Assembly (NCBI GenBank): GCA_963730185.1
Contig: CAVSQW010000015.1
Coordinates: forward strand, 544,001 to 608,000
DNA: 64,000 bases
Direction of reading: 5' to 3'
Source of the DNA: an uncultured Gemmatimonadales bacterium
Lineage (GTDB): Bacteria > Gemmatimonadota > Gemmatimonadetes > Gemmatimonadales > GWC2-71-9
Made by a program: the position numbers and the translations under genes. Position 1 is the stretch's first letter; every line of letters begins with the position of its first letter. Below the pieces are notes generated by a model, which was not told where the DNA came from, made no database searches, and worked only from the letters and a program-made list of their open reading frames with translations. Below, piece by piece: positions 19,991 through 28,599 of this stretch.

Positions 19991-21349
19991 TCAGTGCTTG
20001 GTCCAGATGAGCACCGCGCCGCAGCCGGTGGCCGGGCTCGAGTATTCGAGCGGGACCCGGTCGCTGCTGTCGAACACCTCGATGCCGTCGATCTCGTCCT
20101 TGGGCACGTTCATCATCGCGTCGGGCGGGGTGGGCACCCCGTTGACCAGCAGGGCCATGGAGCACATCTGGCCACTGGTGTTCCGCCGGCCCTGGTTGAC
20201 CAGCGCGCTCTCGCTTCCGAAGCCCTCTTGGAGCCGGACGGAGGGCAGCTGGCGGAAGATGTCGCCGGTGTAGGTGGCCGCCATCCGCGCCAGGTCGCTG
20301 GGATCGTAGAAATTGCCGAAGCCCCGCTTCCGGCGGTCGTCGAAGCCCGAGGTCGCGGCCCGTCCGGCCTTGGCCTCGACCTTGATCTCGGGCAGGGCCA
20401 GCGCCTGGGTCGGGAGCACCAGGTCCACGCTGGTGCTCCGCTCGGCCGCCAGCGTGACGGTTCGCGCCAGCGGCGCCGAGCCGATCCGGCGAACGGCGAC
20501 CATCGCCGTGCCCGGGGTCAAGCTGTCGAGGGTGAAGCGGCCGGAGGTGTCGGTCTTGGCGACCCGGCTCCGCATCCCGGCCCCGTTCACGGTCCAGACG
20601 TCGGCGTTGGCGAGAGGACGCTTCTCCACGTCGGTCACCCGGCCGACCAGGACGGCGTTGGCGGGCGAATTCTCGGGCGCCATCACCAGGTGGAGGGTGA
20701 TCGCCTCCTCGCTCCGAAGGGTCATGTCGCCCGTGGTCGGCACGAACCCGTCGAGCTCCGCCTCGGCCGTGACGGTGGCCTTGGGCGGGAGGCCGCAGAT
20801 GGTATAGAAGCCGGTGGAGTCGGTGGTGACGTTCCGGACCTGCATTTGCCGACGGGGGCCGAGCTGCGGGTCGACGACGATGTTCCCCCACTTGACCGTG
20901 AGGGCGACGCCCGACAGGGGCTCGGCCGTGAGCGCGTTCCGGATCACCCCGAAGAGCGCGGCCTCGCTTTGGACCGCGGGGTCGGCCGGGCAAAGTCGCA
21001 TGAAGCTTCGTCCCGACGGGACGCCAAGCAGGGCCCGGGCGGAGCCGCCCGGCGGGACGTCGACCGCGACCGCGGCGCCCCGGACCCCGAGACTGTCGAG
21101 GACGGGATGGCGGAAGGTGACTTCGTAGTGCCCGGGGGGAATGCTGTCGGCGATGAAGCGGCCCCCGGCGTTCGTGGTGAAGACCCGTTTGATCCCCGAG
21201 ACCGACACCTGCGCCCCAGCCAGCCGGCGACGGTTGAGGCTGTCGGTGACGACGCCGACGATGGTCCCCGTCTGGGCGGCGACGCGGACCGGGCCGGCGA
21301 GGGAGAGGGCGAGCCCGCCGAGGAGGGCGAAGAGACGCTTCGAAGCCAT
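19991..21349 (-). CDS. Secreted protein with three carboxypeptidase-regulatory-like domains and a C-terminal TonB-plug-like domain (no barrel)
   Basis: Signal peptide from MASKR. Three repeats of G.V.D...L.G..V...T...G.F. Ends DEIDGIEVF...CGAVLIWTKH, resembling a plug terminus. Confidence 0.75.
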   Translation of the reverse strand: MASKRLFALLGGLALSLAGPVRVAAQTGTIVGVVTDSLNRRRLAGAQVSVSGIKRVFTTNAGGRFIADSIPPGHYEVTFRHPVLDSLGVRGAAVAVDVPPGGSARALLGVPSGRSFMRLCPADPAVQSEAALFGVIRNALTAEPLSGVALTVKWGNIVVDPQLGPRRQMQVRNVTTDSTGFYTICGLPPKATVTAEAELDGFVPTTGDMTLRSEEAITLHLVMAPENSPANAVLVGRVTDVEKRPLANADVWTVNGAGMRSRVAKTDTSGRFTLDSLTPGTAMVAVRRIGSAPLARTVTLAAERSTSVDLVLPTQALALPEIKVEAKAGRAATSGFDDRRKRGFGNFYDPSDLARMAATYTGDIFRQLPSVRLQEGFGSESALVNQGRRNTSGQMCSMALLVNGVPTPPDAMMNVPKDEIDGIEVFDSSDRVPLEYSSPATGCGAVLIWTKH

Positions 21350-21461
21350 GCGGGAGCATACGAAGCGAGGCCGTGCGGCCGCAACCGGGCTATGTTCTAC
21401 GGCGGTTTGGTAGGCGGACGGGCAGGGCGGCACGGTGGGCAGACGGCAGACAGGTGGCGTG

Positions 21462-21535
21462 GGGCCCTTAGCTCAGGTGGTTAGAGCAGCGGACTCATAA
21501 TCCGTCGGTCCCGGGTTCGAATCCCGGAGGGCCCA
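21462..21535 (+). tRNA. tRNA-Ile2 (anticodon CAT, lysidine type); tRNA-Met not fully excluded
   Basis: GGGCCCT/AGGGCCC acceptor stem, anticodon arm GCGGA-CTCATAA-TCCGT, GGTTCGAATCC T-loop. The 5' end resembles ileX-type tRNAs. CCA is not encoded. Confidence 0.9.
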
Positions 21536-21580
21536 TGGAGGGATGGGAAGAGATGGGGAGGGATCGGGAGGGACGGGGGG
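21536..21580 (+). repeat. G-rich decamer tandem repeat (AGGGATGGGG-like)
   Basis: GGAGGGATGGGAAGAGATGGGGAGGGATCGGGAGGGACGGGGG. The unit resembles that of the 37646-37881 element. Confidence 0.7.
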
Positions 21581-21628
21581 CATCGATGCGGATCGCGACT
21601 CCACTTCTTTCATCGGCGAGGTCTTCGA

Positions 21629-22042
21629 GTGAACGGATTTTCCACCCAGCGGATTCCTGCGGCCGCCTACACCGCACTCCGGATCGCGGCCGGCTTGACC
21701 TTCACCGTCCACGGCGCTCAGAAGATGCTCGGCTGGTTCGGCGGCTTCGGCGCCGAAGGGGCGACGGTGGAGTACCTGAGCCGATTCGGAATCGCCGGCG
21801 GGGTCGAGTTGATCGGTGGCATCCTGATCACGCTGGGGCTCTTCACCCGGTTCGCGGCCCTCATCGCCTCGGGCGAGATGGCGGTCGCCTACTTCTGGAT
21901 GCACGTTGGGGGGAGCGGCAAGCTCTTCTGGTGGGAGAACCGGGGCGAGCTGGTGATGCTCTACGCTTTCCTCTGGCTCTTCGTCTCCGCGGCCGGCGGC
22001 GGCCCGATCAGCCTCGACCGGTGGCTCCGGCGGCGCGGGTAA
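21629..22042 (+). CDS. DoxX family membrane protein
   Basis: ALRIAAGLTFTVHGAQKM, ELIGGILITLGLFTRFAA, GEMAVAYF, GGGPISLD. Confidence 0.92.
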   Translation: MNGFSTQRIPAAAYTALRIAAGLTFTVHGAQKMLGWFGGFGAEGATVEYLSRFGIAGGVELIGGILITLGLFTRFAALIASGEMAVAYFWMHVGGSGKLFWWENRGELVMLYAFLWLFVSAAGGGPISLDRWLRRRG

Positions 22043-22094
22043 TCGGAAATAACCCGGATCGACCAGGCCTATCTCCCTGGGGATATGCCTGAGA

Positions 22095-22124
22095 ACGCGC
22101 CGTGTGGATGACCACACGGCGCGT
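22095..22124. terminator. Perfect 13-bp hairpin downstream of doxX
   Basis: ACGCGCCGTGTGG-ATGA-CCACACGGCGCGT. There is no strong U-tail, so it could instead be an operator or RNA stabiliser. Confidence 0.5.
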
Positions 22125-22167
22125 CGTCATCAAGGGGTGTAAGATTACTCGAGACGAGGTGATGCCA

Positions 22168-22560
22168 ATGCCACGGGAGCCACGGGGGTGGTTCGTGATC
22201 GCGATCGCGATGGCGATGCCGACTTCCCTTTCGGCCCGAGAGCCAGGGGCGGACGCTCCGGATTTCGCCAAGACCATCGAACGCACCTGGGCCGGACGAT
22301 CGTCCACCTTCAATACGGATCTGGTCGAGATCCCGCCCGTCCTGCCGTTCGGCCGGGCCGGGTGGCTCTGGGCGGCCCGCGGGCACGGCCCCGGCTGGAA
22401 CGGGGGGCTACCACCGGCCGTCCCCGCTTCGGCGGGCCGGCAGCTGCTTCCGGTGACCACCGCCCCGGAGCCGGCCACCATGGCGTTGCTGGCGGCCGGC
22501 CTCGGCGGCCTGGGCCTGATTGGTCTGACCCGGCGGCGACGCCCGCCGGCTAGGCGCTGA
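22168..22560 (+). CDS. Short PEP-CTERM protein
   Basis: SD GAGGTG 6 nt before ATG 22168. Signal-like WFVIAIAMAMPTSLSA. C-terminus TTAPEPATMALLAAGLGGLGLIGLTRRRR. Confidence 0.8.
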   Translation: MPREPRGWFVIAIAMAMPTSLSAREPGADAPDFAKTIERTWAGRSSTFNTDLVEIPPVLPFGRAGWLWAARGHGPGWNGGLPPAVPASAGRQLLPVTTAPEPATMALLAAGLGGLGLIGLTRRRRPPARR

Positions 22561-22579
22561 GCGCCCGACCCCGTCACCC

Positions 22580-24355
22580 ATGCCTGTTCCCGCACGAAAG
22601 TCACTCCGGCGACGGCTCCCGCTGTTGTTCGCGCTGGCCATCGGCATCGCGGTCGTCGCCTTCGGGGCGATCGCCTACGGGGCGCTCCGCCGAACGCTGA
22701 TCACCACGGCGTCACTCCGACTCCGGACGGTGGCCGAGCGGTTTGCCCAGAGTTCGGCGACGGCCCTCGACCGCCGAGTCGGCGCGATGCGGGCCTTGGC
22801 CCGAGATCCGGCTGTCACGGAGGCGCTTAGCGGCGGCGACTCCGTGGCGGCGAGCCGGGTGCTCGCTCGCCTGGGCCCCGACACCGGCGCGATGGTCGCG
22901 GTGGGTCTCCGGGACGCCGCCGGCCGGACGGTGCTCTCCGGGAGGAACCTCCTCAGGCTGGAGGGACGTCCCGTGCCGGCCGACCAGCCGATCAGCCCGC
23001 TCTTTGCCCGGGGTGACTCGGTGGAGTTCCTGATCCGGGCGCCGGTCGTGGTCGGCGACTCGATCGTCGGCGAGGTCGTGCAGGTGCGCCTGGTTCGAAG
23101 CACCCCCAACGCTCTCAAGACCCTCAACGACCTGATCGGCGCCGAGGCGACGCTGATGGTCGGCAACGCCGACGGCTCCCTCTGGACGGATCTCCGTCGT
23201 CTGGTCAGCTTGCCGTCCCCGGGCGACAGCGTGACCCGCTACGTCCGGCGTGATCGAAAGCGGCTGCTCGGGATGGCCGAGCTGGCGGGCTCACCGCTGG
23301 TGTTCGCGGTCGACCAGCCGATGGATCGAGTGCTGATGCCGGCTCGAAGCCTCGTGCTCCGCTTCGCCGCCCTCGCGGTCTTGATTATCGTCGTTGGCAC
23401 CCTGCTCACGTGGTTGGCGAGCCGCCGGATCACGGGACCCCTCACCGACCTGACCCGGGCCACCGTGGCCGTGGCGAAGGGCGGGACGTCGGTCATCCCA
23501 GTTCCGGTGGACCGCGACGACGAGATCGGCGCTCTGGCCCGCGCTTTCTCGATCATGGCCCGGAGCGTCTTCCGCTCGCGAGAGGAGCTGGAGCGGCAGG
23601 TTGCCGAGCGGACTCAGGCGCTCGAGGACGCTCGGGACGAGCTGGTCCGCAAGGAACGCCTGGCGATGCTCGGTCAGTTCGCGGGCGGCGTCAGTCACGA
23701 GCTCCGAAATCCGCTCAGCGTCATGGGCGTCGCGGTGTACTCGTTGGAGGCGCTCGTCGTCGACCCGTCGCCCAAGGTGCGTGAATACCTCGGCGTGATG
23801 CAGCAACAGATCCAGCTGGTGGACAAGATCGTGGCCGACATGCTGGATTTCGTGCGGATCCGGCCGGCGGAGCGGATGCCGATGGATCTCGGACCGTTCA
23901 TCGAGGCCCAGCTGGCCCGGGTCGAGATCCCGCCTTCGCTCGAGGTCCGGCGCGATCTGGATCCGGCGCCGGCCGCGGTCTACGCCGACCCGATCCAGAT
24001 CGGGCAGGTGCTGTTCAACGTTCTCACCAACGCGGTCCAGGCGATGGAAGGAGTGGGGTGCCTCACGATCCGGACCCGCGGGATGAACGACCGGGTGTGG
24101 TTGGAGATCGAGGACACCGGTCCGGGCGTGCCGCCCGGGGATCGGGACCGCATCTTCGAGCCGCTCTTCACCACCAAGCGGTTCGGCTTCGGGTTGGGGC
24201 TCGCGGTATCGCGGTCGCTCGCCCGGGCCAACGGAGGGGAGCTCTCGGTCGTGAGCGCCGAGGGTCGCGGGGCGGCCTTCCGTCTGGATCTCCCCGCCGC
24301 CCGCCCCCCGTCCACGGCGCACCGGGTCAGCGAAGCCGCGGTCGGCCGGGTCTGA
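22580..24355 (+). CDS. Membrane sensor histidine kinase (2 TM, HAMP, HisKA, HATPase)
   Basis: DRDDEIGALARAF (HAMP), VSHELRNPL (H box), QVLFNVLTNAVQAM, DTGPG, FEPLFTTK, GLGL. Confidence 0.93.
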   Translation: MPVPARKSLRRRLPLLFALAIGIAVVAFGAIAYGALRRTLITTASLRLRTVAERFAQSSATALDRRVGAMRALARDPAVTEALSGGDSVAASRVLARLGPDTGAMVAVGLRDAAGRTVLSGRNLLRLEGRPVPADQPISPLFARGDSVEFLIRAPVVVGDSIVGEVVQVRLVRSTPNALKTLNDLIGAEATLMVGNADGSLWTDLRRLVSLPSPGDSVTRYVRRDRKRLLGMAELAGSPLVFAVDQPMDRVLMPARSLVLRFAALAVLIIVVGTLLTWLASRRITGPLTDLTRATVAVAKGGTSVIPVPVDRDDEIGALARAFSIMARSVFRSREELERQVAERTQALEDARDELVRKERLAMLGQFAGGVSHELRNPLSVMGVAVYSLEALVVDPSPKVREYLGVMQQQIQLVDKIVADMLDFVRIRPAERMPMDLGPFIEAQLARVEIPPSLEVRRDLDPAPAAVYADPIQIGQVLFNVLTNAVQAMEGVGCLTIRTRGMNDRVWLEIEDTGPGVPPGDRDRIFEPLFTTKRFGFGLGLAVSRSLARANGGELSVVSAEGRGAAFRLDLPAARPPSTAHRVSEAAVGRV

Positions 24356-24356
24356 G

Positions 24357-24986
24357 TTACCGCCGGACGATGCCGCGCTCGTGGGCGATGGAGACGGCCT
24401 GGGTCCGGTCGCGGGCGCCGAGCTTGGCGAGGATCGCTTTGACGTGAATCTTGACGGTGCCCTCGACGATGCCCAGCCGATTGCCGATCTCCTGGTTGCT
24501 GAGGCCGGCGGCGATGAGCAGCATCACTTCGCGTTGACGGGGGGTGAGCTGCGGACGGTGCAGGCTCGAGGCCAGCTTGGCCACGAGCGGCGCGGGAATG
24601 CAGGTCTCGCCACGGCTCACCTGCCGAATGGCCGCCGCGAGCTCGTCGGGTGACGCGTTCTTGACCAGGTAGCCGGCCGCCCCCGCCTGCACGGCACGGT
24701 GAATTTCCTCGTCGGTGTCGAAGCCCGAGAGGACGATCGCGCGCGTGTCCGGCAGCTCCCGAGCCAGCCCGGCAAGCACCTCGAACCCGCTCATCCCGCC
24801 CATGCGAAGATCGACCAGAGCGACGTGAGGCTGGTTGGCCCGGCAGAGTTCCAGCGCCGCCTCGCCCGTCCCCGCCGTCCCAACGACCCGGAAATCGGCG
24901 TACCGCGCGAGCAGAAAGGCCAGGCCGTCCCGGTACACCGGATGATCGTCGGCGATCACCAGCCGGATCGACTCGCCGTCGAGCAT
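24357..24986 (-). CDS. NarL/FixJ-family response regulator
   Basis: IADDHPVYRDGL, LVDLRM, GYLVK, LTPRQREV...GLSNQEIG...TVKIHVKAILAKLG. SD AGGGGGA before ATG 24986. Confidence 0.95.
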   Translation of the reverse strand: MLDGESIRLVIADDHPVYRDGLAFLLARYADFRVVGTAGTGEAALELCRANQPHVALVDLRMGGMSGFEVLAGLARELPDTRAIVLSGFDTDEEIHRAVQAGAAGYLVKNASPDELAAAIRQVSRGETCIPAPLVAKLASSLHRPQLTPRQREVMLLIAAGLSNQEIGNRLGIVEGTVKIHVKAILAKLGARDRTQAVSIAHERGIVRR

Positions 24987-25129
24987 CGGTCCCCCTGTGG
25001 TGCGGTAGCCCCGGGCCGAAGGGGTGTCCAAAAACGGTTCGCTGAGTGAAGGTTTTTGAATATAGCGGTCGGGGTCCGCCAGTGGGGAGTGGTCCGAAAA
25101 TGCTTCAGAGCCGGCCCGATCGACCCGAC

Positions 25130-25390
25130 TCAGGGGGTGCCGACCGCTCCGGACGAGCGGGGTGGGCAGAGTCGCGAGGCCAAGGTGGAGGCCCGGTCGG
25201 CGGCCGCCGACCTGCCTCGGCCGCCCTCCAACCGGGCGATCAGGTGGTATCGTGCCGCGGCGAGCGCCGCGTCCTCGCTACCCGTGACTCGGCCGATCAG
25301 GCCCAGGCCGACCGCTCGCGAGCGGATCAGCCCCGACCGGACGAGCGCGGCGAGTCGGGCGCCGCCGGAGGACGGGGCGGCCCCGGTCAT
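25130..25390 (-). CDS. Hypothetical protein
   Basis: ATG overlaps the upstream stop (ATGA at 25387-25390). No recognisable motif. Confidence 0.35.
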   Translation of the reverse strand: MTGAAPSSGGARLAALVRSGLIRSRAVGLGLIGRVTGSEDAALAAARYHLIARLEGGRGRSAAADRASTLASRLCPPRSSGAVGTP

Positions 25391-25734
25391 TGCCGATTCG
25401 CCCTCCGGGCTCGGACCAAGCGAAGAAGCTTGTCGGTCAGGGCGTCCAACTCGTCCCAAGCAGCTTCGATCCGGGATCGGGTCGCCTCCCATTGGACTCG
25501 GGTCCGTGCCACGGCCAGCTCCTCGACGAGGTGACTCAGGCGGTCGCGACAGCCCGAGAGCTGCGTCAGGTCCCGGCCGAGATAGTGCCGGTACCGGGAC
25601 TCGGTCCGGGTCGCACAGAGCACTAGAATGGCATAGCGTTCCCGCCAGACCAGGAGGCGATTGTGAACCTCCGCCTGGTACGAACGGTGGGCCCTGTGCC
25701 AGGGCGCGGTCGGAAGGGGGACGGCCGGTAACAC
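25387..25734 (-). CDS. Hypothetical helical protein
   Basis: 115 aa with protein-like amphipathic composition. TAGCTT -10-like hexamer upstream (25770-25765). Confidence 0.55.
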   Translation of the reverse strand: MLPAVPLPTAPWHRAHRSYQAEVHNRLLVWRERYAILVLCATRTESRYRHYLGRDLTQLSGCRDRLSHLVEELAVARTRVQWEATRSRIEAAWDELDALTDKLLRLVRARRANRQ

Positions 25735-25868
25735 GATGAGGGCTCCGCGAATGGATACGCTCTCAAGCTAGAGCGCGACGCCCGCGACGACTATTGCACC
25801 GAAGTGATACCGACGGACCCTTACCCGAGAGATAGGGGAAGGCCCGCTCCCGGCGGTCCCAGCGTTCC

Positions 25869-25897
25869 TTGCCCGGGCCCGAGTTCGCGATTACACT
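25869..25897 (+). promoter_or_regulatory. Sigma70-type promoter of tRNA-Val
   Basis: TTGCCC-N17-TACACT followed by a GC-rich discriminator. Confidence 0.7.
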
Positions 25898-25909
25898 TGC
25901 CCCCCCGAC

Positions 25910-25983
25910 GGGCGATTAGCTCAGCTGGTTAGAGCGCTGGTCTCACATACCAGAGGTCGGGGGTTCGAGTCCCTCATCGCCCA
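25910..25983 (+). tRNA. tRNA-Val (anticodon CAC)
   Basis: GGGCGAT/ATCGCCC acceptor stem, anticodon arm CTGGT-CTCACAT-ACCAG, GGTTCGAGTCC T-loop. CCA is not encoded. Confidence 0.93.
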
Positions 25984-25993
25984 CTGCGCTTCC

Positions 25994-27043
25994 TCAGATC
26001 GCCCCTCCCCGCCTCAGCCGTCCGATGGTGTCGTACCGCTCCTCGTGGGCGGCGAGCACCTCGTCGGGCGAGACCGTCGCCACCCCGGCCTTGCCGACCT
26101 CCACCCCGGCCGCGACGTTGGCCAGATAGGCCGCTTCGTCCAAGGTGGCGCCGGCCGACAGCGCCGTCGCGGTCCAGGCGGTGACCGTGTCGCCGGCCCC
26201 GGACACGTCGTAGACGTCGCGGGCGAGGCTCGGTACCCGCCGGGGAGCGGTCGCGCCGGACACCAGGATCATCCCATCGGCGCCGAGGGTTAGGAGCAGG
26301 TTGTCGACCCCGAGCCGGACCATGGCCTGGTTCAGGGCGTCGGGTTGCGCTTCCAGGTCGACGGCGGCGCCCAAAGCGGCCTCCAGCTCCCGCCGGTTGG
26401 GCTTGAACACGGTGGCGCCGCGGTAGTCGAAGAAGTGGCGGAACTTGGGGTCGACCACCACCGGGAGGCCCTGCCGGCGAGCTTCGACGATCACCGTCGC
26501 GATCAGGGCGGGGTCGAGCACGCCCTTGTTGTAGTCCTCCAGGACCAGGGCGTCGGCCGAAGGCAGGTGGCCGAGGATCCGCTCGATCAGGCGGTCGCGG
26601 TCGGCGGGGTCGAGGGCGGAGGCTACCTCCTCGTCGATCCGGACCACCTGCTGGGCCCGGGCCAGGACCCGGGTCTTGGTGGTGGTGGGCCGATCGGCGA
26701 CGGTCATCAGGTCCTGATCCGGCATCTGGCGGGCCGCCATCTCACCCCGGATCCAGAGGCCGTGCTCGTCGTCGCCCACGACGCCGGCCAGGATCGGCAC
26801 CGCCCCGATCGCCGCCACGTTGGCGGCCACGTTGGCCGCCCCGCCCAAGGTGGCCCGCCGCTCCCGAATCGTCACCACCGGCACCGGCGCCTCGGGCGAA
26901 AGCCGCTCGGTGTCGCCGATCAGGTAGCGGTCGAGCATCACGTCACCCACCACCACCACCCGGCGGTTCGCCATGTTGCCCATCAGGTGGATGAGCCGGT
27001 CCCGCCCGACCGGCGGCCCGGTTCCGATGCTGTCTCGCGTCAC
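25994..27043 (-). CDS. rfaE1: D-glycero-beta-D-manno-heptose-7-phosphate kinase (stand-alone RfaE domain I)
   Basis: VVGDVMLDRY, RLSPEAPVPV, GGAANVA, TTTKTR, DYNKG, DVSGAGDTV. GTG 27043 is coupled to the upstream stop. Confidence 0.92.
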   Translation of the reverse strand: MTRDSIGTGPPVGRDRLIHLMGNMANRRVVVVGDVMLDRYLIGDTERLSPEAPVPVVTIRERRATLGGAANVAANVAAIGAVPILAGVVGDDEHGLWIRGEMAARQMPDQDLMTVADRPTTTKTRVLARAQQVVRIDEEVASALDPADRDRLIERILGHLPSADALVLEDYNKGVLDPALIATVIVEARRQGLPVVVDPKFRHFFDYRGATVFKPNRRELEAALGAAVDLEAQPDALNQAMVRLGVDNLLLTLGADGMILVSGATAPRRVPSLARDVYDVSGAGDTVTAWTATALSAGATLDEAAYLANVAAGVEVGKAGVATVSPDEVLAAHEERYDTIGRLRRGGAI

Positions 27044-28557
27044 TTGAGGATTCCCCCTCCGTCCAGTCCCACGGTGGCCATCAGGCGCGCCTCCAGGCGG
27101 GTCCGGTGACGGCCCGCCACGTGATCGGCGTTGACGGTGTGGTTGAGCCCGGCGGCCCCGGTGAAGGCCAGTCCGCGCCACGCCCCCGCGACGGTGGCGC
27201 CGACCCGGTAGGTGGTGGCCACGGTACCGATGAAGAGCTCGGGCGTATCGGTAAAGGCCTGGCCGGCCGGGAAGGGCGCGTCGATCCGTCCCTCACCCTG
27301 GCGTAACACGGTCACATCCGGCCGGATGGTGCCCAGCCCGCCCACCGGGAGGGTGACGCTGGCGGTCAGGGTGGCGTTGTCGGTGAAGTTCGGACCGATC
27401 CCGACGCCCCGGTCGATCAGGTTCTGGGTCGAGTCGATGGTCCGGAAGGCGAGACTGCTCACCACCGCGAGCGAGGTCTGCCAGAGGGCGCCCCGGCCGA
27501 GCCGCCCCGAGCCCGCCAGCGTGAAGGCCCATCGGCCCGGGTGGGCCGGCTCGCCGGTGCCGTTCGGATCGGGTTTGCTCCGCCAGCGGTCGTCGATCGC
27601 CGCCTGGGCCTGGAGCAGCACCCCGCCGGGCCGCCACTGGAGGTCGCCGCCGAGGAGTACGTTCCGGTCGTCGGGCTGGCCCTGCTGGAGCGGGAAGGCG
27701 AAGGCGATCAGCGGATTCCGGAAGCTGGGGTCGAACGAGCGACCGGCGCCGGCCAGCACGGCCGTTTCCCAGATCGCGAGCCGCAGCGTGCCGGCCACCC
27801 GGGCGCTCACCCGATGGGCCATGAAGTAGCGCTTGGTTTCGGCGCCCTGGGCGTCGATCATCGGGGTGAGCTCGGTGCCGACGAAGTCGATCTGCACGTC
27901 CCGGAGCCTCACCTCGAGGCCGAGGTCGCTCCGGGGGTAGGCGTAGTCGGCGAGGCCGATCCCGAGGTTCCCCGGCGGGCCCCAGTTCCGATCCATCTGC
28001 CCGTAGAAGAGCCGCACCTTCCCGAATTGAGCGCCCAGGTAGGCCTCCGCGAACCGATACGCCTGGTTCTTGGCTCGCTGAATGGATGCCCCGGCCCAAT
28101 CGGGATCCAGCTTGAGCCGGTTCTCGGCCACCGGGCGGGTCACCAGCACCAGGTCACCGAACCGGCCCTCGGCGGTGAGCTCCGCATAGGGGCGGACCCC
28201 GCCCTCGCCGGCGGGATGAAGGAGGTCGCGGCGGGCGCTGGTGAACGCCTGGACCCCGGCCCGGGGTGCCAACCGGAACCAGTCGTGGGCGTCGCGATCG
28301 GTGAAGGCCGCCCGGAGCCGGGCCCCGATTCCGCCGGACGGCGAGTCGGGATCGAGATGGGCCTCGTCCAGGGCCCGGATCAGGTCGGCCCGACGGAACG
28401 GGCGCACCATCGGACTGGGGTCGCCGATGTCACCCCGGGCGATGAGATACTCCGCCAGTGGCAGCAGCGGGTGATCGCGGGGGACGTAGGGTGACCCCTG
28501 GCCGGCGAGCGGGGTGGCGCCGGCGAGCGCGAGGGCGAGGACGAGGAGGCGGCGCAC
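27040..28557 (-). CDS. Outer-membrane beta-barrel protein, capsule-assembly Wzi-like
   Basis: Signal peptide VRRLLVLALALAGATPLAG, RPFRRADL, GQMDRNWGP, YFMAHR, WETAV, DDRNVL, and an alternating beta-strand pattern. Confidence 0.65.
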   Translation of the reverse strand: MRRLLVLALALAGATPLAGQGSPYVPRDHPLLPLAEYLIARGDIGDPSPMVRPFRRADLIRALDEAHLDPDSPSGGIGARLRAAFTDRDAHDWFRLAPRAGVQAFTSARRDLLHPAGEGGVRPYAELTAEGRFGDLVLVTRPVAENRLKLDPDWAGASIQRAKNQAYRFAEAYLGAQFGKVRLFYGQMDRNWGPPGNLGIGLADYAYPRSDLGLEVRLRDVQIDFVGTELTPMIDAQGAETKRYFMAHRVSARVAGTLRLAIWETAVLAGAGRSFDPSFRNPLIAFAFPLQQGQPDDRNVLLGGDLQWRPGGVLLQAQAAIDDRWRSKPDPNGTGEPAHPGRWAFTLAGSGRLGRGALWQTSLAVVSSLAFRTIDSTQNLIDRGVGIGPNFTDNATLTASVTLPVGGLGTIRPDVTVLRQGEGRIDAPFPAGQAFTDTPELFIGTVATTYRVGATVAGAWRGLAFTGAAGLNHTVNADHVAGRHRTRLEARLMATVGLDGGGILK

Positions 28558-28599
28558 GGCTCGGAATGTAACGGTGCCCGGCGCTATGTTTCCCGCCTC

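Noticed and set aside
21462..21535. Initiator tRNA-fMet call for the CAT tRNA
   Set aside because: Position 1:72 is paired and the three consecutive G-C pairs closing the initiator anticodon stem are absent. The sequence fits Ile2 better.
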